This document shows positions 26,227 to 35,300 of a stretch of DNA of 63,671 bases, piece after piece. The stretch is taken from IMG/VR virus record IMGVR_UViG_3300042894_002234, positions 1 through 63,671 of that record. One strand, written 5' to 3'. This DNA comes from a virus. Lineage: Duplodnaviria > Caudoviricetes. Under the pieces are notes generated by a model that had not been told where the DNA came from, searched no databases, and saw only the letters and a list, made by a program, of their open reading frames with translations. Both the position numbers and the translations under genes were made by a program. How positions within the stretch are numbered: position 1 is the first letter of the stretch; the number at the start of each line of letters is the position of its first letter.

Positions 26227-28203
26227 ATGGATCATTATGTAATGGACTATGAGACAATAATAAATTGTTTTATAGGATGCTTTGAACATTATAAGACAGA
26301 AGATACTAAAGTATTTGTAGTTCATAAAAGTAAAAATCAAATTAAAGAACTACTTAATTTCTTAAATCAAAATGCTTCTAATAATGAATGGCATATCTCC
26401 TATAATGGTTTAGCTTTTGACTCTCAGATTACTCAGTACTTACTTCATAATCAAGAAGTTCTGTATGAAGAGGAGAATGGTGAATCAATAGCAAATTGGA
26501 TATACGAATATGCTCAATATATTATTGAGAAGAAGAATGAAAGTGGCTTTGGTGATTTTAGTGAGAAGGAATTATCTATTAGACAAATAGATGTATTTAA
26601 ACTTAATCACTGGGATAATCCAGCTAAAGCATCTTCATTAAAATGGATTGAGTTTACTTCTAAATGGCATAACATATTAGATATGCCTTTACATCATGCT
26701 GCTTGGATTGAATCTGAACAAATAGATACAATTGTAGATTATTGTTTAAATGATGTCAAAGCAACTAAATGGATATTACATCAGAGTAAAGATCAAATAG
26801 ATTTAAGAAAGACTCTCACTAACGAATATGGTATTAACCTGTTCAGTGCTTCTGAGCCTAAAATGTCAAAGGAATTATTTCTTTATTTCTTATCAAAGAA
26901 AACTGGAATAAGTAAATCAGATTTGAAAAAACAAAGAACGTTTAGAGAAAAGATTGTAGTTAAAGATATCCTATTGGATTATATAAAGTTTGAAACCAAA
27001 GAATTTCAAGATTTATATCAAGCCTTCAAAGAAGTTGAAATAGATCCTCTACAAACCAAAGATGCATTTAAATATACTTTGAATTACAAAGGAGTAAAGA
27101 CTGTATTTGGTTTAGGTGGTTTACATGGTGCCATAGAAAAAGGTATCTATAGATCAAATGAACAGATGGTTATTATGACTAGTGATGTTACATCATTCTA
27201 TCCCAACTTAGCTATCCAAAATCAATGGGCTCCTGCTCATTTACCCAAAGCTGAATTTTGTGAGCAATATCAATGGTTCTTTGATGAACGTAGAAAACTA
27301 TCTAAGAAAGATCCAAAGAACTATGTATATAAGATTATTCTTAATTCAACCTATGGTTTAAGTAATGATAAAGATTGCTTTCTATATGATCCTGAGTTTA
27401 CAATGAAAATAACTATGAATGGACAATTGAGTCTATGCATGTTATATGAGATGTTAACTCAAGGAATACCACACTGTTTTCCTATTATGCAGAATACAGA
27501 TGGTTTGGAAACTATGATTCCTATAAAATATATAGATAAGTATCTTGAGATTTGTGCTGAATGGGAAAAGATAACAAAGTTGCAATTAGAACATGATCAA
27601 TACAAAGAGATGATTATTGCGGATGTAAACAATTATATTGCTGTACTCAAAGACAAAGAAGTATCAAAGGAAGATTATGAAAAAGTAATGAAAGAATATC
27701 CTCATTACAAGTTCACTGAAAATGAAGGTAAGTATTTTTACAATGCAACAAAGTGCAAAGGTAGATTTGAGTTTTTTAATCTTGCTCTACATAAAAACCA
27801 TAGTTCATTAGTTATACCAAAGGCTATTTACAATTACTTTATCAAGGATCAAAATCCAGATGAGTATATAAATAACAATAGAAATATATTTGATTTCTGT
27901 ATTGGTGCCAAGATTAGGGGTTCTGATTGGGTCTTTAAAGATAACGATGGAGTACCTCAACAAAAGGTCTTAAGACTATTGGTTAGCAAGAAAGGTAATA
28001 AGTATTATAAATTCAATGTAATTGACAAAAGAATTATTAATGTTATTGCTGGAGAGAACAAACAAACACTTCTAAACAAAATTGATATAAACCAAAGTTT
28101 TGATGATTATGATATTGACAAATTATATTATCTTGGCAAAGTTGAAGAAGAGATTACTAAAATAATTCCTACTTACAAACAACAACAATTATCCTTATTC
28201 TAA
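26227..28203 (+). CDS. polB: Family B DNA polymerase with 3'-5' exonuclease (crAss-like type)
   Basis: ExoI DYET, ExoII YNGLAFD, ExoIII YCLND, region A SDVTSFYP, region B KIILNSTYG, region C NTDG. Confidence 0.93.
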   Translation: MDHYVMDYETIINCFIGCFEHYKTEDTKVFVVHKSKNQIKELLNFLNQNASNNEWHISYNGLAFDSQITQYLLHNQEVLYEEENGESIANWIYEYAQYIIEKKNESGFGDFSEKELSIRQIDVFKLNHWDNPAKASSLKWIEFTSKWHNILDMPLHHAAWIESEQIDTIVDYCLNDVKATKWILHQSKDQIDLRKTLTNEYGINLFSASEPKMSKELFLYFLSKKTGISKSDLKKQRTFREKIVVKDILLDYIKFETKEFQDLYQAFKEVEIDPLQTKDAFKYTLNYKGVKTVFGLGGLHGAIEKGIYRSNEQMVIMTSDVTSFYPNLAIQNQWAPAHLPKAEFCEQYQWFFDERRKLSKKDPKNYVYKIILNSTYGLSNDKDCFLYDPEFTMKITMNGQLSLCMLYEMLTQGIPHCFPIMQNTDGLETMIPIKYIDKYLEICAEWEKITKLQLEHDQYKEMIIADVNNYIAVLKDKEVSKEDYEKVMKEYPHYKFTENEGKYFYNATKCKGRFEFFNLALHKNHSSLVIPKAIYNYFIKDQNPDEYINNNRNIFDFCIGAKIRGSDWVFKDNDGVPQQKVLRLLVSKKGNKYYKFNVIDKRIINVIAGENKQTLLNKIDINQSFDDYDIDKLYYLGKVEEEITKIIPTYKQQQLSLF

Positions 28204-28571
28204 TGAAGAGAGATGAATTCATAAAATCAACTGAAGAAGCCTTAGAGCTTCTTATGGATACCCTTAAATATAAAGGAAAAGAATATTCTACTGTAGATAA
28301 TACTTTTGCTAATTTTGAAAATGCTATTGGTACATCAATGTGCGATACCAGAGAAGGAGTACTGTGGCACTACATGTTAAAACATGTAGTTAGTATTAAA
28401 GATATGGTTCAGGAATTAGAAGTGGGTGGACAGTTTAGCAAAAACTATACTGAAGAATATGTAAATGAAAAGATAGGAGATAATATTAATTATCTTCTAT
28501 TACTTAGAGCAATGCTACTTGAAAGATTACAAACTAACAATACAATAACTTATGATACAGGATCTTACTGA
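28203..28571 (+). CDS. Nucleotide-modification-associated (DUF1599/Nmad1-like) all-alpha protein
   Basis: KGKEY...FANFE...KH...EKIGD.INYL.LL pattern; TAATG-coupled to polB. Confidence 0.55.
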   Translation: MKRDEFIKSTEEALELLMDTLKYKGKEYSTVDNTFANFENAIGTSMCDTREGVLWHYMLKHVVSIKDMVQELEVGGQFSKNYTEEYVNEKIGDNINYLLLLRAMLLERLQTNNTITYDTGSY

Positions 28572-28950
28572 CAAACTAATTGAATTCAACAAAGCATTTG
28601 ATATTCCTTATAATACTGAACCTACTAATATAGATCCTAAAGCATCTGATCTTAGATTCTCTTTAATGTTTGAAGAGAATCAAGAATATCATATTGCTGC
28701 TAGAGAGAAGAACTTAGTAGAAATTGCTGATGGACTTGGTGATAAACTATATATTCTTATGGGCACTATTGTAGCACATGGAATGCAGGATATTATCTTA
28801 GATGTCTTCAATGAGATACACAGAAGTAATATGACCAAACTTGATGCTTATGGTAAAGTAACTAGAAGAGCTGATGGAAAGATAATGAAACCAGTTACTT
28901 ATGAAAGACCAAACCTTAAACAATTCTTCAAAGATGAAAGCAATTCTTGA
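28552..28950 (+). CDS. MazG-like nucleoside triphosphate pyrophosphohydrolase (PRA-PH-like)
   Basis: LRFSLMFEENQEY, EIADGLGD.LY, EIHRSNMTK, RRADGKIMKP. Confidence 0.85.
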   Translation: MIQDLTDKLIEFNKAFDIPYNTEPTNIDPKASDLRFSLMFEENQEYHIAAREKNLVEIADGLGDKLYILMGTIVAHGMQDIILDVFNEIHRSNMTKLDAYGKVTRRADGKIMKPVTYERPNLKQFFKDESNS

Positions 28951-29155
28951 GTTTAATCTTCCAGAAGACAATGAAGATTTTACAATGGCAACTAAAGCTA
29001 CTTCATATAGTTTAGCATTATGGGAAATAAGTCAATTTCTTAGATCTGAAATTAAGTATAATGAACAACTAAGTGAAGATGCTTATGACGAAGTTGTAAA
29101 AATCAGAGAGAAATTTCATGATATCTTAAATGAAAACAATATAAGTTTAGATTAA
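28934..29155 (+). CDS. Small hypothetical phage protein
   Basis: Start ATG 28934, MKAILEFNLPED...LWEISQFLR; last + strand gene before the terminator. Confidence 0.7.
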   Translation: MKAILEFNLPEDNEDFTMATKATSYSLALWEISQFLRSEIKYNEQLSEDAYDEVVKIREKFHDILNENNISLD

Positions 29156-29161
29156 AATACT

Positions 29162-29187
29162 GGGGAGTTATTAGCTCCCCTTTTTTT
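29162..29187 (+). terminator. Intrinsic terminator at the convergence of the two gene blocks
   Basis: GGGGAGT-tatta-GCTCCCC followed by T7. Confidence 0.75.
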
Positions 29188-29317
29188 ATCCTTGACCATT
29201 ATATTTTTTAGCGTAATTCTTAGCGTGTTTAGAACGGGAGTTTTTAGTTTTACTATGAACTCCCTTTCTTTTTACTTTAGGCTTATTTGTTTTACTTACT
29301 GGTGTTCCTTTTTTCAT
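29186..29317 (-). CDS. Small very basic protein (43 aa, not in ORF track)
   Basis: MKKGTPVSKTNKPKVKRKGVHSKTKNSRSKHAKNYAKKYNGQG*; starts 6 nt after the giant gene stop. Confidence 0.65.
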   Translation of the reverse strand: MKKGTPVSKTNKPKVKRKGVHSKTKNSRSKHAKNYAKKYNGQG

Positions 29318-29323
29318 AACTAA

Positions 29324-32300
29324 TTATTTATAAATGTTTTCTGCTGATACAAAATCTTGAATTGCTTTTGATGGATCTATAGTTTTACCTGTTAATGCAA
29401 ACGCTTTACCTATATGATTAAGAATCTTAGCTGATTCTGCTTTTTGCCAAGAATATGGTCCAACATCTTTAGAGTAATAAGCTGAATCATCACCTTGAAC
29501 CATCATAATAACATCACCTAGTATCTTACCATAAGTTTGTAAAGATGGGCCATTTGCTAAGTTGAAATTACTAAGCATGTCAGAATAGAATCCAACTTTA
29601 TAGTACTGAGAGTTTTCAGAAGCTACACTCATTGTCTGATATAATAAATGATTAGCTAACCAACCAAATGCTTTAAAATCTTTTGAACCTAACGGACCAC
29701 CTTGTCTCTCTCTTAATTTTTCATATTTATCATCATCATCTCCATCCCAACCAAATAACATTGGAATTAATGCAGATAAGATAGTTAATAAGGCAATTTC
29801 AGTTAAAGCTTTATATACAGCACCTTTTTCAGAAGGTCTCATATAATGCCAGTGTTTACCATAAGTAACTAACATTTTTGATAGAGCTCTTGCTGATTGT
29901 ATCCAGTAACCCATCTCTAGAGTTTGAGAAGCATTATTTCTTCTAAATCTAGGAGCAAATAGGGAACCTGAGAAACCAAATCTGTTTACCATACCTGTAA
30001 TAAAGAACTTTCTTAAGAACATAAACATTCTATAGAATAAGTATCTGTTACCTTCTGGTTGATCAAATTTAGAATATACTCCGTTTAGAATATTTTGCTT
30101 TTCCTGTATAAAAATTCTCTTTCTTTTAAATTCACTTCCTCCTAAACCCCATTTTTCATCAATACCTTCTTTTAAAGTTAGTCTATCATCAACTAATTCA
30201 AAAGCTTCATGATATGGAATTTCAGTAGTAACGCCATTAATTGTTTGTTCTACTTTAGTAAATTCCATTACTCCAAAGAAATATTCTAATGTTGCTTCAA
30301 TCTCCATAAATTTTCTAGGAGACATTAATATATTAGTAGGAGATGCAACATCTTTATAAATAGATCTGGTAATATACTCTGGCAGTTTTTCCATTGCCAT
30401 ACCTTGAGATGGATCAAAAGCATTTACTAATTGAGCATAGTAAGGAAGTTTACCTTTACTATAAATAGATCCAGATATTTGCATCATAGCTTTAGATGCA
30501 ATCATTTTTCCTTTTAGGAAACTTTTACCGTCATAACTTGTTCCAGCAGCTAATTCAATAGCCTGTTGTAACTGCTGACCAAATCTATTCTTAACACCTG
30601 ATGGTATATCAAGAGCAAAGAATCCAAAAGATGCAGCTTGCATCATTACTTTAGATAATTTCTGAAGTACTAAAGCATCAGAACCAAATCCAGTTTGCTG
30701 AACATTATAGAATGTTCTATCAATCAAACCTTTAATAGCTTTAGCTCTAATATTTTCTCCTCTTTTATTAGCAAATACAGGTATTTTATGAGTGATCCAA
30801 TGGTACCAACTTGCTTTAGTTGTATCCTTTGGTTGATTCTTTGGATCATTAAGAAGCTGCATTAAACCTTTTGCTATTGGTTCAATTTCAGACAACTTAC
30901 TTGCTCTTTCAATTGAGTGCATGTGTCTAAGTACAGATGTAATTACATCTAATGATACCTGATCATCATCCATTAAAGTCTTACCAGAGATATGAATCTT
31001 TTGCTCATCTTCATCAAAGAAATCTAGTTTAGTTAATTTGAATTTATCTTCAATACCCAGACCTTCATCAGTATCTTCAGCATTTGGTCTAAATTTATTT
31101 ACAAAATTCTTAATTGCAATTTTAGCAGCAGATCCTTGTGATGATAAAAATTTATTAGTTTCAGTAAGTTCCTTACTAGTTTTTTCATATCTAGGAACAT
31201 CCATATATAATTTATCTGATGCAGGAGCTTTTTCTTGAAACTTTAAATGAAATTCTTTTATTTTTTCAAGAATATTAAAAGCTCCTTCATTATTATCTTT
31301 TAAATCAAAATATGCTTGATTAATATAAGGACTATTTGGAACATCAAGTCTTGGTAAATATTGTTCTTTATTATCTACAGTTACACCAAGAATTTCTTCT
31401 GTAGCAAATTCAGGTTTAATATTTTGTTTATAGTATGCTAATGACGGTAATCCCCAGATATGAACATGTTTGTCTGTTTCTTTCCAGTTCATACTTTTAA
31501 CGTACTTAGGATCTCTAGGTTCTATTTGATTCCATAGGAATAATCTTTCAAATCTTTTAACTCTCATTTGAAGTTCATCATCCCATCTTTCTACTTCATT
31601 ATGATTAGCCATGAACCATTCTTCAAATTCTGGATCTTTCTTAATCATACTTTCAACAAATCCTCTTTCTCTAGCTAAATCATCAATGTCAAATCTGTCA
31701 AAGTGTTTTACTGTTATAGGTAATCCTTTTGCAGTTTGTCTATTATTATGTAAATCAATTTGATGATTATAAACTTCTAGATAGTAATCAGTAGCTTTTT
31801 TGCTTTGTAAGCTAGAAAGTTCATCATATAACATCTTTAAATCTTGTTTAACACCTTTAGGTATAGTAGAAATAGAAGATCTAATTTCAAATTGTTCTAA
31901 ATCTTCAAGTTGTTTCTGAGTTAAATCTCTACCAGATTCACTAAGATCTTTTAGTTCTCTATATTCTCTAGCTTCACCTCGTGATAAACCATTACCATTT
32001 TTAATCATGTCTTGGAGCTCTTGGATTTTCTCTTGAGCTTCTTTAATCTTAGCAATTTTCTCTTTAGATACAAGAATTCCATTAGGATGATTTTCTTCAT
32101 CTCTATAAGCATATAACTGATCAATAATTAAATTCCAATACTCTTTAGTTTTTTCAACAATTTTAGAATCTTCTGCAAAACTTCCAGAAAGACTATTATA
32201 AATTGCATTTATCTTTTCTATGATTAATGCTTTGTCTACATAGAACTGTTTATCTATAACTTTTCTAGTATTCATATCATCCCATTCCTGTAACTTCTTT

Positions 32301-35300
32301 ACATATTCAGGATCAAATCTATCAGGATATTTAGTTAAAAGTTGAGCTTCAAATAAACTTCTAGCTTTTTTAAATCTATAAATAGGCATGCTTTCAGGAT
32401 CCTCATCAGACTCCCACTCAAAATATTTCTTTCTCTCAGTTCTATATTCTAATAGTGTTTGAGTGATACCCATTTCATCTCCTGTTTTGAGATTACCATC
32501 ATTATCATATTCACTAAATAGCTTTTTATATTCTACCCAAAGAGTATCAATCTTAATTCTATTATCAATTTCAATTCTTTCTAATTCATTATCAATTAGT
32601 TTAACACCATTATTAATGTCTTCCATGATTTTATCATATCTCTCCCTGGCCATTTTACCAATTTCAACAGTAACTCCTGCATCATTTACATAAGTCTTTT
32701 TAAAGACATCATAAATTTTATAAACTTCAGGTTTCCATTTGTCATGCATGTATGTTCTTTTCCATTCTTGACGTTCAACCTCAAGAGTTGATGCTAATTC
32801 TGTATCACCACTTTCTAGTGCAGCATCAATATCATATTTAAATTTTGATAATACTACTTCATATCCTTTAAACGGATTTAAGAATCTATGAACCTTATGA
32901 GTTTTAAACTCACCAGTTTTAGGATCTTTATAACCTAGTTCTTCAGTATATGTAATTATTTTACCAAGTTTAGATACTAATTTAAAATCATCTAGACCAG
33001 CGTCTTTTAAAAGTTTTCTAGTCTCAGCTAAAAAATCATTAAAGTTTTTAGTAGCATTAAGTTCTACATCAATTAAAGCTTCTTTAACATATAAAGCAAA
33101 ACTTGATATAAGTTCATCTGGACTAGATACAGCACTCTCAACTAAAATACTTAAACCTAAACCTGATGGTTCAGGAGTTTTTCCTGATATAACTCTAGCT
33201 AGAGTATTTTCATCTCTAATATAACTATCTCTTTCTCTTTCTTTAGCAGCAATTTGTTCAGTAGTTGCACCTCTAGCAACCATTTCAGCAATACTTTTAT
33301 CAAATTCTTTATTAAGAACTTCATTAATGCCCTTCAAATGCGGTGCTAAAATACCTGGTATTGCTGCTTCATTTTGTGCATAAACAGCAGTCATACCAAT
33401 TTTAGCATTATTACTTGCTTTATTTAATAACTCAAAAACAGGACTAGATACACTAATACCTTCATCTACCATTTGTTGTTTAATCTCATCAAAAGTTTCT
33501 AGAGTTTGACTAAGATTTTTTAAGAAATACATATTCTTAGAAATAGTCAAAACTGAATCAACATCTGATCTAGATCTATTAATTTCAAGAATAATTTTTT
33601 CAATAGAATCATTGTAAGATTGTAATGAAAGAACTAATGCTTCAATTTGACTTTTTCTATAGTTGACTAAATCTAAAGGAGCTTCGTTTGTCTTAGTATA
33701 AGTTTGATACTTAGATAATGTAGATGACTCTTCTTGAAAGGGAGCTTCTAATTTTTCTTTTGAAATACTTTCTTTAAGTCCAGCATGTCTTTTTTCAGCC
33801 TCCTTCATGATTTGTTTACCAGAACCAATAAGTTTAAACAACTTATCAATGTTACTCTGTAACAAAGTATCACTAGCTTTAGCCATAAGATCCTTAACAG
33901 AATCTTGCATAGTATTAAAATCAGCTTTTTCTGATTCTGTAATTATCTCTGAACTAATTTCAAAAGAATCATTATTAAGCATTTTAGCAAGCTGATCAAG
34001 ATTAGTATTTGCATTTAACTTATCTATTTTAATCTTACCAAATACTTTACGCATTAGTTGTTTAATAGCATACATGAGTTTATCTATGAACTTAGTAAAC
34101 TCAGTACTCTCTTGAGCATTTAATTCATTGTTTCTTGCTCTAGTAGTTAATGCTCTTACTAAAACCTCTTCTTTAAAATCCTCAGAATTTTCATCATACT
34201 TATAGTACTCTTTTACTGTTCTGATGATTTCCTGACCTTCCTGCGTTTGCGAGAGGGTATCAAAAAGTTTATTAAAGAGAGTAGGGTTTGTTTTCTTAAT
34301 AGCCTTGATAAAAGGGTGACTAAATTCATGGAATACGTTTTCTAAGTTAAGTTTGTCTTTAATAAAGTATACCTGACCATTATAAAAGAATGCAGGTTGA
34401 CCATTATATTTTTCTTGAGTTTCTGATAGTAAGCTTATAGCATCTACTTCTGTAATAAGATTATAAGGTACTCCTCCTAAATTTCTAGAAAGTCTTTCTG
34501 AAATTTGATCTAATAGTTGAGGTGCAATGTTCTCATCAATATCATGCTGTGTTTCATTAAACTGAGCTGATGAATTACTATTCTTAGTACCGTATCTAAC
34601 AAAGCCACCAACTAAATCATTTACTTCTTGTTCGTTTAATGTCTTACCTGTAAATTGTTTAATCCAGTTTGTAATATTTTTAATGAGTTGTTTCCACCAT
34701 GATGGTTGAGATTTATCTACTAATGTTTCTGCCCATCTAGCAGTTAACTCCATTAGTAATTTTATTTTACCATCTCTTGTGTTCTTATTGAAACCATAGT
34801 CAAGTAATAAACTATCTAAATTTTTGTGACCTGTTCTTTGTAATAATTCAGGCAACTTTTGCATTAACTGTTTTTCAGCAGCAAATAAAGCAGAAGCTAG
34901 TTCATTTACTCCTCCTAATTCTTTTGCCATTCTTAACATACCTCTATGAGCTACTTCGTGTATTGCTACTTTAGCTGCTTCTTCTATAGGTGTGTTTGAT
35001 TCTACTACTACTACTTTATCATTATTAGCATCATAATAACCTTGAATTAGATTATTATTAGTTTTAGAAAAAGGTAATTCATCAATTAATCCTTCATTAT
35101 ATGTATTCCAAATTTCTCTCAATCCTTCTATATTTTTACCTTCATCAGATAAATATTCAAATACATAAGGTGATTTTTCTACTGCTATTCTAGCAAGTTC
35201 ATTATAATATGGAGCATCTATATTTATATGTTTTATATTATGAGAATGATTTTCAACTGCTTGTCTTGCTAAATCTTCATTATTTTTAAATTCTGGAAGA

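Noticed and set aside
26227-28950. Z-genome (2-aminoadenine) or uracil/hmU-DNA system
   Set aside because: No purZ, datZ or hydroxymethylase seen. ThyA has the dUMP-specific Asn and UNG is present, which argues for ordinary thymine DNA.
31678-31702. DRFDIDD in the 2706-aa protein as a second RNAP active site
   Set aside because: Lacks the DxDxD spacing (RFDID) and the upstream RIP context; the real motif is at 41734-41748.
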